Assembly: GCA_038133505.1 (NCBI GenBank)
Contig: JAYPTI010000003.1
Span: 1-52,655 of the forward strand
Source of the DNA: Alphaproteobacteria bacterium
Lineage (GTDB): Bacteria > Pseudomonadota > Alphaproteobacteria > MPNO01 > UBA830
DNA: 52,655 nt
Reading direction: 5' to 3'
Both the position numbers and the translations under genes were made by a program. The notes under the pieces were generated by a model, which saw nothing but the letters and a program-made list of their open reading frames with translations, was not told the DNA's origin and did not search any database. Each line of letters opens with the position of its first letter. The stretch's first letter is position 1. This document shows, piece by piece, positions 38,572 through 47,198 of this stretch.

Positions 38572-41127
38572 ATGAGGGTAGTTGCCGCAATTTTCCTGAC
38601 GCTCGTCGTGCTCGCTGTCGCGGCGACGGGCGGCGTGCTTTACGGGTTCTACCATTACGGGAAGGGCCTGCCGAAGTACGACCAGCTCGCCGACTACCAG
38701 CCGCCCGTGACGACCCGCGTCCACGCCGGCGACGGCCGCCTGATGGCCGAGTTCGCCCGGGAAAAGCGCATCTTCGTTCCGGTCGACGCGATCCCGAAAC
38801 GGGTCATCAAGGCGTTCCTGTCGGCCGAGGACCAGCGCTTCTACACCCATTCCGGCGTCGACTTCGTCGGCGTCCTGCGCGCCGTCGTCACAAATCTCCG
38901 CAACGTCGGCTCGAACCGCCGCCCTATCGGCGCCTCGACGATCACCCAGCAGGTCGCCAAGAACTTCCTGCTGACGAACGAGGTCTCGATCGCCCGCAAG
39001 GCGAAGGAGATCATTCTCGCCTTCCGCATCGAACGGGCGTTCTCCAAGGACACCATTCTCGAACTCTATCTCAACGAGATTTATCTCGGCGCCGGCTCCT
39101 ACGGGGTCGCGGCGGCGGCATTGACCTATTTCGACAAGTCGCTGGACGATCTTTCCGTCGGAGAGGCGGCGTTCCTGGCGGGGCTTCCCAAGGCGCCGAA
39201 CAACTATCATCCGCTGCGTCGGCCCGAGGCCGCGCGCACCCGGCGCGACTACGTGCTGACCCGGATGGCCGAGGACGGCTACATCTCCCGCGCCGAGGCC
39301 GACGCCGAAATCGCCAAGCCGGTGGAAGCGCGGCCGAAATCGCGAACCGTCATCGCGCGGGCCGATTACTATACCGAGGAGGTGCGCCGCCGCCTGGTCG
39401 CCCAGTTCGGCGAGACCCGCCTCTATAACGGGGGACTTTCGGTCCGCACCTCGCTCGACCCCCGCCTCCAGCAGATTGCCGAGCTGTCGCTGCGGAGCGG
39501 GTTGTCCGCCTACGATCGCCGGCACGGCTGGCGCGGCCCGCTCGGCAAGGTGGATCTCTCCAAGGACTGGGTGGCCGCGCTCGCAAAGGTGCCGTTCCCC
39601 AGCGACCTCAGCGAATGGCTGCCCGCCGTTGTGACCGAGACTGGGGAGAGCAGCGCCATGATCGTCTTCGGCGACGGCGAGGAGGGCCTCATTCCGCTTG
39701 CCGAGATGAAATGGGCGCGGCCCGTAGACGAAAAGGGCAATCGCGGACCGGCCGTCAAGGCGCCTGCCGACATCCTGAGGCCCGGCGACGTCGTCGCCGT
39801 CGAGAAGTTGCCGGCGACGGAGGGGCAGGCGGAGGACAATCTCTATGCGCTGCGTCAGATCCCCGCGATCAACGGCGCGCTCGTCGCTCTCGATCCGCAT
39901 ACCGGACGCGTTGTCGCGCTCGCCGGCGGGTTTTCGGCGGACAACAGCGAATTCAACCGCGCGACGCAGGCGCGACGTCAGCCCGGCTCCGCGTTCAAGC
40001 CGTTCGTCTATCTCGCCGCGCTGGACAACGGCTTCACGCCGTCGAGCATGATCCTCGATGCGCCGTTCGTGATCGATCAAGGGCCCGGCCTCGGTCCGTG
40101 GCGGCCCGCGAACTATTCCGACAAATTCTACGGTCCCAGCCCGCTGCGTGTCGGGATCGAGAAATCGCGCAACGTCATGACGGTCCGTCTCGCCCAGAAG
40201 ATCGGCATGGATACGGTCTCCGACTACGCCCGGAAGTTCGGCATCACCGAGGATCTTCCCCAGCTTCTCGCCATGTCGCTGGGGGCCGGGGAGACGACGC
40301 TTCTCAAGCTGACGGCGGCGTACGGCATGCTCGTCAACGGCGGGCACGCCATCGAGCCGACGCTGATCGACAAGATTCAGGATCGCAGCGGCCGGAACGT
40401 TCTCGCCCATGCCGACTATTCCTGCCCCGAATGCGCGAACGTGAAGCCGGACGCGCTCGACGTGCCGGTCCTGTCCGATCTCCGCGCGAAGGTCGCCGAC
40501 CCGCGTACCTCCTATCAGGTCGTCTCGATGCTCGAGGGCGTGGTGAAGCGCGGCACCGGGCGGCGGATCGCATCGCTCAATCGGCCGCTCGCCGGCAAGA
40601 CCGGAACCACCAACGAAAGCCGGGACACGTGGTTCATCGGCTTCTCTCCGGACCTGGCCGTGGGCGTGTTCGTCGGCTTCGATACGCCGAAGCCGCTCGG
40701 CCGCCATGAGACCGGCTCTTCCGTGGCGGCGCCGATCTTCAAGTCCTTCATGGGCGATGCGCTCAAGAACGAACCGCCCGTCCCGTTCCGAGTTCCAAAG
40801 GGCATCCAGCTCGTCCGCGTCGATCAGGCGACCGGGCTTCCGGCGCGCGGCAATTCCAAATCGGTGATCCTCGAGGCATTCCTGCCCGGCACCATACCGA
40901 CGGCCAACGGTTCCGTTCTCGGCACCGACAACGAGGTCTACCGGGAAGAGGCGCCGCTACCCATAACCGGCGGGGTGGCACGCCCCTCGCTGCGGGATAT
41001 AATCGAGGGCCGGGCGACGGTGTCGGATCCGACATCGTCGGGAACGGTGGTCGTCGATCCGCCGCCGCCGTCCCAGTCGGTCGAAAATCCGGTCCGCCGG
41101 TCGCAGAATCTGCGGGATCTCTATTGA
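38572..41127 (+). CDS. mrcA: penicillin-binding protein 1A (bifunctional glycosyltransferase/transpeptidase)
   Basis: GT51 motifs EDQRFYTHSGVD and RKAKE. Transpeptidase motifs SAFKPF, SRN and KTGTTN. Confidence 0.96.
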   Translation: MRVVAAIFLTLVVLAVAATGGVLYGFYHYGKGLPKYDQLADYQPPVTTRVHAGDGRLMAEFAREKRIFVPVDAIPKRVIKAFLSAEDQRFYTHSGVDFVGVLRAVVTNLRNVGSNRRPIGASTITQQVAKNFLLTNEVSIARKAKEIILAFRIERAFSKDTILELYLNEIYLGAGSYGVAAAALTYFDKSLDDLSVGEAAFLAGLPKAPNNYHPLRRPEAARTRRDYVLTRMAEDGYISRAEADAEIAKPVEARPKSRTVIARADYYTEEVRRRLVAQFGETRLYNGGLSVRTSLDPRLQQIAELSLRSGLSAYDRRHGWRGPLGKVDLSKDWVAALAKVPFPSDLSEWLPAVVTETGESSAMIVFGDGEEGLIPLAEMKWARPVDEKGNRGPAVKAPADILRPGDVVAVEKLPATEGQAEDNLYALRQIPAINGALVALDPHTGRVVALAGGFSADNSEFNRATQARRQPGSAFKPFVYLAALDNGFTPSSMILDAPFVIDQGPGLGPWRPANYSDKFYGPSPLRVGIEKSRNVMTVRLAQKIGMDTVSDYARKFGITEDLPQLLAMSLGAGETTLLKLTAAYGMLVNGGHAIEPTLIDKIQDRSGRNVLAHADYSCPECANVKPDALDVPVLSDLRAKVADPRTSYQVVSMLEGVVKRGTGRRIASLNRPLAGKTGTTNESRDTWFIGFSPDLAVGVFVGFDTPKPLGRHETGSSVAAPIFKSFMGDALKNEPPVPFRVPKGIQLVRVDQATGLPARGNSKSVILEAFLPGTIPTANGSVLGTDNEVYREEAPLPITGGVARPSLRDIIEGRATVSDPTSSGTVVVDPPPPSQSVENPVRRSQNLRDLY

Positions 41128-41181
41128 TCGAACGCCGGTCACGGCGTCGGTAACAACGCAAGAACGAGGAAGACGACACGC

Positions 41182-42313
41182 ATGCGCGCTGAAATTCAGT
41201 CCATCGCCGACCAGATCGAGCAGTCGCTGGCACTGCTGAGGAGGCATCTTTGACCCCGATCAGGCCGAAAGACGACTAGATGAGCTGAACGCAGAGGCGG
41301 AAAACCCGGACCTCTGGAACGATTCCGAACGCGCCCAGAAGGTGATGCGCGAGCGGAACCATCTCGAAAAATCCATCGGCGAGTTCAAGTCGCTCCACCA
41401 GGAGTTCGACGACGCCCTCGAATTCATCGAGCTCGGCGAAGCCGAGGGCGACGAGGACGTGGTGCGCGACGCCGAGGCGACCCTCCAGCGCCTCCAGAAG
41501 GAAGCCGCCACGCAGGAGCTGCAGACGCTTCTGTCGGGCGAGGCGGACGCCAACGACTGCTTCCTCGAGGTTCACGCCGGCGCCGGCGGGACGGAGTCGC
41601 AGGACTGGGCTCAGATGCTGTTCCGGATGTATTCGCGATGGGCCGAGGCCAAAGGCTACAAGACGGAGCTGATGGAAGAGAGCTTCGGCGAAGAGGCAGG
41701 GATCAAGTCCGCCTCGCTCCGCGTTCAGGGTCACAATGCCTACGGTTGGCTGAAGACCGAGAGCGGCGTTCATCGCCTCGTCCGCATCTCGCCGTACGAT
41801 TCGAGCGCGCGCCGCCACACCAGCTTCGCGTCCGTCTGGGTCTATCCCGAGATCGACGACGACATCGAGGTCGAGGTCGAGGAGAAGGATCTCCGCGTCG
41901 ACACCTACCGGTCCCAGGGCGCGGGCGGCCAGCACGTCAATACGACGGACAGCGCGGTCCGCATCACCCACATTCCGACCGGCATCGTCGTCGCCTGCCA
42001 GACCGACCGTTCGCAGCACCGGAACCGGGCGGAGGCCATGCGCATGCTGCGCGCACGTCTCTACGAGGCCGAGCTTCAGCGCCGCGAGGAAGCGGCGCAG
42101 GCCGAACAGGACGCCAAGACCGATATCGGTTGGGGCCACCAGATCCGGTCCTACGTGCTGCACCCCTACCAGATGGTCAAGGACCTTCGGACCGAGGTCG
42201 AGACCTCCGACACGCAGGGCGTCCTCGACGGCGACATCGACGAGTTCATGGCGGCCGCACTCGCCCAAAGGGTCGGCGGCAAGGCGAACGAAGCGGGCGG
42301 AGAAGCGGCCTGA
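41182..42313 (+). CDS. prfB: peptide chain release factor 2, join(41182..41250,41252..42313) via programmed +1 frameshift
   Basis: The zero frame reads [23 protein letters not shown] then TGA. The +1 frame continues [24 protein letters not shown]... into listed ORF 41342..42313, which carries the GGQ motif. Confidence 0.93.
41241..41254 (+). other. prfB +1 frameshift site
   Basis: gAGGAGG cat CTT TGA C: an internal SD-like element 3 nt upstream of the slippery CTT-TGA-C. Confidence 0.9.
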
Positions 42314-43341
42314 TGGCGGGCGGCGTTCCGATGGCGAACGGCCACCGGCCGGCGGGGCTGCTGCAGCTCCTTCATCCCGCACTCGCCGCCGCGCCGCGAC
42401 CGGACCGGTCGTCGCTGTCCTTCGACCTCGACAGCGCGCTGGGCTCCATCGTCCGCCTGCATGCCGACGTCGACGAACGCTGCGTCACCGCCGCTACCCT
42501 GGGCGCCGAACGCGAGGGTGCGGGCGTCGTCATTGATGACGACGGTCTTATTCTCACCGTCGGTTATTTGATCGTCGAAGCGCGCGACGTGACGATCACG
42601 ATCCTGGGACGCCGCGAGCCCGTGGTCGGCGAGGCGATCGCCTACGACCACGAAACCGGGTTCGGCATGGTCCGGGCACTCGATCCGCTCGACCTCCCGC
42701 CGCTGCCCATCGGCAGCGCTCGCCAACTTTCCGTCGGGGACGACGTCGTGGTTTCCGGCTACGGCGGGTTCGACCAGGCAATCGGCGCCGAGCTTACGGC
42801 CCGACAGCCCTTTGCGGGGCCGTGGGAGTACATGCTCGACGAAGCGCTCTACACGGTGCCGCCGCATCCCTACTGGGGCGGCTCGGGGCTGATCGACCGC
42901 AACGGCACGCTGGTCGGGATCGGTTCGCTCTATCTGGAGGAGCCGCTCGGTCCCGGCGGCGGCGCGCGGCCGGGCAACATGTTCATCCCGATAGACGAGC
43001 TGCTGCCGATCTACGACGACATGATCAGCTCGGGGCGGGCGGCGCGTGCGCCGCGGCCGTGGGTCGGCGTTCACGTCAACGAGGCCGAGCACAGGCTGTA
43101 CGTCACCGGCGTCACCAACGACGGTCCCGGCCACCGCGCCGGCTTCCGGCCGGGCGATGCCGTACTCTCCATCGAGGGCGTGCCGGTCGACAATCTGCCG
43201 GACATTTACCGGACGCTGTGGTCGGCGGGCGAGGCAGGGGTCGAGGTGCGCTACACCGTGCTGCGCGACGACGACGTCGTGAATATCCGCGTGACCAGCG
43301 GCGATCGCTACGCCTTCCTGGACCTGCCGCAACGGCACTGA
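42313..43341 (+). CDS. S1C (trypsin/HtrA-like) peptidase-fold protein with C-terminal PDZ domain
   Basis: The ATG at 42313 overlaps the prfB TGA. GGSGLIDRNG serine motif and PDZ-like GFRPGDAVLSIEG. The listed start at 41638 lies inside prfB. Confidence 0.75.
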   Translation: MAGGVPMANGHRPAGLLQLLHPALAAAPRPDRSSLSFDLDSALGSIVRLHADVDERCVTAATLGAEREGAGVVIDDDGLILTVGYLIVEARDVTITILGRREPVVGEAIAYDHETGFGMVRALDPLDLPPLPIGSARQLSVGDDVVVSGYGGFDQAIGAELTARQPFAGPWEYMLDEALYTVPPHPYWGGSGLIDRNGTLVGIGSLYLEEPLGPGGGARPGNMFIPIDELLPIYDDMISSGRAARAPRPWVGVHVNEAEHRLYVTGVTNDGPGHRAGFRPGDAVLSIEGVPVDNLPDIYRTLWSAGEAGVEVRYTVLRDDDVVNIRVTSGDRYAFLDLPQRH

Positions 43342-43425
43342 CGCCGGTCTCGTGCGCGCTGGCGTCCGCCGGCGATCTGCATCAAAGTGGTTTTCGAACA
43401 AAGTTCGATAAAAAGGGAGGGAGGT

Positions 43426-44133
43426 ATGGCGACGTTTCTGCTCGTACACGGAGCGTGGCATGGCGGTTGGTGCTGGCGCCGCGTCTCGGACATCCTGCGC
43501 AGCCGGGGACATGAGGTTCACACACCGACGCTGACAGGGCTCGGCGATCGGGCTCATCTAGCATCTCCCGACGTCGATCTCGAAACCCATATAAACGACG
43601 TGATCGGGGTGCTCGACGCCGAAGAGCTGTCGGACGTCGTGCTATGCGGACATTCCTACGGCGGCATGGTGATTACCCCGGTGCTCGACCGGCGCACCGA
43701 CGCCTTCCGCTCCGCCGTCTGGCTCGATGCGTTCGTGCCCAAAGACGGTGCGTCGCTGATGGACGGCTGGCCGGCAGAACGCGCCCAGCACGTGCGCGAA
43801 GAGGTCGCGACCCACGGCGACGGCTGGAAGGTGCCGCCGATGCCGGCGGACTATTTCGGGATCGCCGAGGAAAACGCGGAGTGGGTCGAGCGCCGCTGCG
43901 TGCCGCAGCCGATCAAGACGTTCACCCAGCACGTGCACCTGACCGGCAAATGGAAGTCGGTGCCGAAGAAGATGTACATCCTGGCGGAGGGTCACCCGAA
44001 CAGCAGCTTCGGCCGCTTCGCCGACCCCCTGAGCCAGGAGGCGGACTGGGACGTCCGCCGCGTTTCAGCGGGGCACGATGTGATGGTGGACGCGCCGGAG
44101 GAACTCTCCGACCTGCTGGAAGAGGCGATCTGA
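43426..44133 (+). CDS. alpha/beta hydrolase (methyl-esterase/SABP2-like)
   Basis: The ATG at 43426 follows gggagggagg. FLLVHGAWHGGWCW and nucleophile elbow GHSYGG. Confidence 0.8.
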   Translation: MATFLLVHGAWHGGWCWRRVSDILRSRGHEVHTPTLTGLGDRAHLASPDVDLETHINDVIGVLDAEELSDVVLCGHSYGGMVITPVLDRRTDAFRSAVWLDAFVPKDGASLMDGWPAERAQHVREEVATHGDGWKVPPMPADYFGIAEENAEWVERRCVPQPIKTFTQHVHLTGKWKSVPKKMYILAEGHPNSSFGRFADPLSQEADWDVRRVSAGHDVMVDAPEELSDLLEEAI

Positions 44134-44136
44134 GCC

Positions 44137-44964
44137 TCAGTCGGCGTCGGCCGGCGCGTAGAACGCCGCTCCGAAACCCGCTTCAGCCCGCGCCGCGTCG
44201 TTGAACGGCGGCTTCAGCGCGCCGCGGAAGCGTTCCCCTACCAGCTTGCGCCAGGTCGCTACCGGGTCACCCGGGCACAGCGTCTCGAACCAGCGGCGAC
44301 CGATGGCGACGTGGCCGATCTCCTCGCGGTAGACGATCTCCAGGACGTCGGCGGAGGCGTTGTCGTCGGCTTTGCGCAAATTGCGGATCATCGCGGGCGT
44401 GACGTCGAGGCCGCGCGCTTCGAGCACCAGCGGCACGATCGCGAGACGGGCAAGCAGGTCGTCCGCCGTGTCCTGCGCCGCCTGCCAGAGCCCGTCATGG
44501 GCAGGCAGGTCCCCGTAGGCCGCGCCGAGCTCCGAGAGCCTGCCCGCCAGCATCAGGAAATGGCTGGCTTCCTCTCCGAGAACCTTCACCCAATCGTCGT
44601 GGAAAGTGCGCGGCATATCCGCATCGGGGAAACGGACGAGGATGTCGGCAGCGAGATCGACGGCGTTGAGCTCGATATGGGCGAGCGCGTGGAGGAGAGC
44701 GATGCGGCCGGCCTCGCTCCCGCCGCGGCCGCGCTTCGGCATATCGCCGGGACGGCGGAGTTCCGGTCGGACGGGCCGGGCCGGGCGGTCGGGTGGCGTT
44801 CCCCGTCCGGCGTGCTCCAGGCGGCCGGCGAGCCAGTCGCGGGCAAGTTTTTGTGCGGCGGCCGCCTTGGCTTCCGCGTCGGCCGTCTCGAGGACCGCGA
44901 TGGCGGCCTCCGCAAGGGTGCGCGACTTTACGCTCTGATCGGGTGTGGATATGGAGGCACTCAT
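44137..44964 (-). CDS. ferritin-like diiron protein (DUF455 family)
   Basis: ATG at 44964. Two ExxH motifs (EEASH, EEIGH) and HIELNAVDLA, typical of DUF455. Confidence 0.75.
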   Translation of the reverse strand: MSASISTPDQSVKSRTLAEAAIAVLETADAEAKAAAAQKLARDWLAGRLEHAGRGTPPDRPARPVRPELRRPGDMPKRGRGGSEAGRIALLHALAHIELNAVDLAADILVRFPDADMPRTFHDDWVKVLGEEASHFLMLAGRLSELGAAYGDLPAHDGLWQAAQDTADDLLARLAIVPLVLEARGLDVTPAMIRNLRKADDNASADVLEIVYREEIGHVAIGRRWFETLCPGDPVATWRKLVGERFRGALKPPFNDAARAEAGFGAAFYAPADAD

Positions 44965-44980
44965 CGCACGGGCACAGGGC

Positions 44981-45985
44981 TCACGCGCCAGCAGCATTGG
45001 CCAACTGGCCGATCGGCCCGACCAGCAGCGGCGCAAGTAGCGCCATAATGTTTTTCAGATTTGCGGCTATCTTCGTGTCGAGGCCGTAATCTGCAAGCCA
45101 GTCACCAAACAGCGGCAATCGCTTTCCAGAATTTTCCGACGCGTGCGATCGCGCCCGGAAACACAGCAACGCCATCGGCGTCACGAACGCCGAGAACAAC
45201 GTCGCGGTGTAGATTGCGCCCCAGAAGGTCGCGAGCCCGCTCGCATACGCTGCGAACGCGTCCCTGATCCTTTTCGGACCGGCCACGACGTCCGTCCCCA
45301 GTTGAAAAAACAGCATCGCGGCGACGGTACTCGTCACCAGTACCGCGCTGAGCACGTAGAAACACCGGAGGAGGGTTTCGAAGCTTTCCTGGAACAGTTC
45401 CTTGCTTGCGCCCCCTTTGGCAGGGCGATGACGGCACAAAACGACGGCGCATACTCCGGCCGCCAACACGACGCTCACGATTGCCAGTCCGCTGGGGAAA
45501 AGCACCGCCACGGCCAATGGCGAAAACGAACCGGGGGGTCCGGCGCCGGCGAGGTCCGATGCGAGCGAAGACGCCCGCAGCACGCGGTCGATTTCGAAGA
45601 AAGTCAGCCGGTAGATCGTCAGCCGCGGTTCGACATGGGCGAACAGGACCATGGCCCCCAGCACGAACAGCGAAAAGGCGAGGACCGCCAGTGCCGCCTT
45701 GTAGGAGCCGGCGTTTCCCATTCGCCTCATCTGGGCCGCGAAATAAACCATTGCCGCGATGCATACCGCCGTATGGACGGCTACCGCTGCCGCGAAGACC
45801 AGCCGGGCGCCCGAATGCTTTAATGCCGCGTCGGCTCCCGCGGCGGTTTCCGTAAGCGCTGGGATGGCGGGACCGGACACGACCTCCATCAGCGCAATGG
45901 CGAAAAGGACTGGCGCGACCGGAACGATTATCGGCCACAGCCAGGCTATTCCGCCCCCGGGCGGCGGGTGTCCTTGTTCTGTCAT
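44981..45985 (-). CDS. polytopic membrane protein of unknown function
   Basis: 334 aa with about 7-8 hydrophobic segments. No recognisable motif. Packed between bcp and the DUF455 gene. Confidence 0.6.
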   Translation of the reverse strand: MTEQGHPPPGGGIAWLWPIIVPVAPVLFAIALMEVVSGPAIPALTETAAGADAALKHSGARLVFAAAVAVHTAVCIAAMVYFAAQMRRMGNAGSYKAALAVLAFSLFVLGAMVLFAHVEPRLTIYRLTFFEIDRVLRASSLASDLAGAGPPGSFSPLAVAVLFPSGLAIVSVVLAAGVCAVVLCRHRPAKGGASKELFQESFETLLRCFYVLSAVLVTSTVAAMLFFQLGTDVVAGPKRIRDAFAAYASGLATFWGAIYTATLFSAFVTPMALLCFRARSHASENSGKRLPLFGDWLADYGLDTKIAANLKNIMALLAPLLVGPIGQLANAAGA

Positions 45986-46012
45986 CGGGCTGAGGCAGCG
46001 GATGGCAAGGGA

Positions 46013-46477
46013 TTACAGCGCCTGCGCCGCCTCCAGCACCTCGTCGACATGGCCCTTCACGCGGACCTTGTCCCATATCTGCGCGATCTTTCCCTTCTCG
46101 TCGATCAGGAAGGTGGAGCGGACGATGCCCATATATTCCCGGCCGTAGTTCATTTTCTTCTGCCAGACGCCGTAGTCCTCGCACACGGTGCCGTCCTCGT
46201 CGCTCAGCAGCGCGAAAGGCAGGTCGTATTTGGCCTTGAAGTTGTCGTGCCGCTTCACGCTGTCCTTCGAAACGCCGACGATCTCGACCCCGGCTTTCCT
46301 GAATTTTGCCAGGGCGTCGCGGAAGCCTTCCGCCTCCGTCGTGCAGCCGGGCGTCATGTCTTTCGGGTAAAAATAGAGAACGACCTTCTTTCCCTTGAGG
46401 TCCTTGAGCGAGATCTTTCCCCCGCCGTCCGTCGGCCCGCTGAAAGCGGGCGCCTTGTCTCCGGCCTTGAGTGCCAT
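46013..46477 (-). CDS. bcp: thioredoxin-dependent thiol peroxidase (Bcp/PrxQ)
   Basis: [13 protein letters not shown] peroxidatic Cys motif. Confidence 0.93.
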   Translation of the reverse strand: MALKAGDKAPAFSGPTDGGGKISLKDLKGKKVVLYFYPKDMTPGCTTEAEGFRDALAKFRKAGVEIVGVSKDSVKRHDNFKAKYDLPFALLSDEDGTVCEDYGVWQKKMNYGREYMGIVRSTFLIDEKGKIAQIWDKVRVKGHVDEVLEAAQAL

Positions 46478-46486
46478 GCGTGTCTC

Positions 46487-47170
46487 CTACTTGAGCGTGT
46501 TGAAACAGGCGAGGACGGAAGCGCGCGACGCGGCGGCAGCCGCCGGAACGTAACCTTGCTTGTAAGGCATCGAGAAGTTGTGGCCGGCCCCGTCGTAGAC
46601 GCCGATCTCGGCGCCGGCCCGCCCGGCGAACGCGGCCTTGATGGCCTCGACCTCTTCCATCGGCACGACCGGATCCTCCGCGCCGAAGTGATAGCTGACG
46701 GGAACGCCGACCTTGTCGACCTCGTCGAGATGTTCGCCGATCATGGTGCCGTGGAAGGCGCCCGCGGCGTCGGCGCCGAGGCGCGACGTCGCGATGTGCG
46801 CGTAGCGGCCGCCGAAACAGAAGCCGAGCACCGCGACCTTGCCGTTGCAGCGCGGATGCGCGCGCAGGTCGCCGATAAGGTCTTCGATGTCCTTAACGCC
46901 CTGGTCGAAGTCGAACGCTTCGTAGCGCGCGAACGCCTTCTCCAAGTCAGCCGTCGGGCCCGGCATCACGCGCCAGAAAATATCGGGGACGGACACGATG
47001 AAGCCGTCGTTCGCCCAGGCGTCCGACAGCTCCTTCATCTCGTCGTCGATGCCGAAGATAGCGGTGATCAGGAGCAGGCCGGGAGCCTTGCCGTCGCCAT
47101 CGGGTTCCGCGAGGTTACCGTCGTAGGTTTCGTTGGCCCGGGTCGTATTGGTGATGTTCTTGCTCGGCAT
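46487..47170 (-). CDS. dienelactone hydrolase family protein
   Basis: 227 aa. GFCFGG nucleophile motif and DLH-like layout. Confidence 0.82.
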   Translation of the reverse strand: MPSKNITNTTRANETYDGNLAEPDGDGKAPGLLLITAIFGIDDEMKELSDAWANDGFIVSVPDIFWRVMPGPTADLEKAFARYEAFDFDQGVKDIEDLIGDLRAHPRCNGKVAVLGFCFGGRYAHIATSRLGADAAGAFHGTMIGEHLDEVDKVGVPVSYHFGAEDPVVPMEEVEAIKAAFAGRAGAEIGVYDGAGHNFSMPYKQGYVPAAAAASRASVLACFNTLK

Positions 47171-47198
47171 GACTTCCTCCCTGTTGAGGCTTCGGGGT

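Noticed and set aside
38569-40707. 712-aa minus-strand ORF opposite mrcA
   Set aside because: It is an antisense shadow of PBP1A, which carries the GT51 and SxxK/SxN/KTG motifs. It has no motifs of its own.
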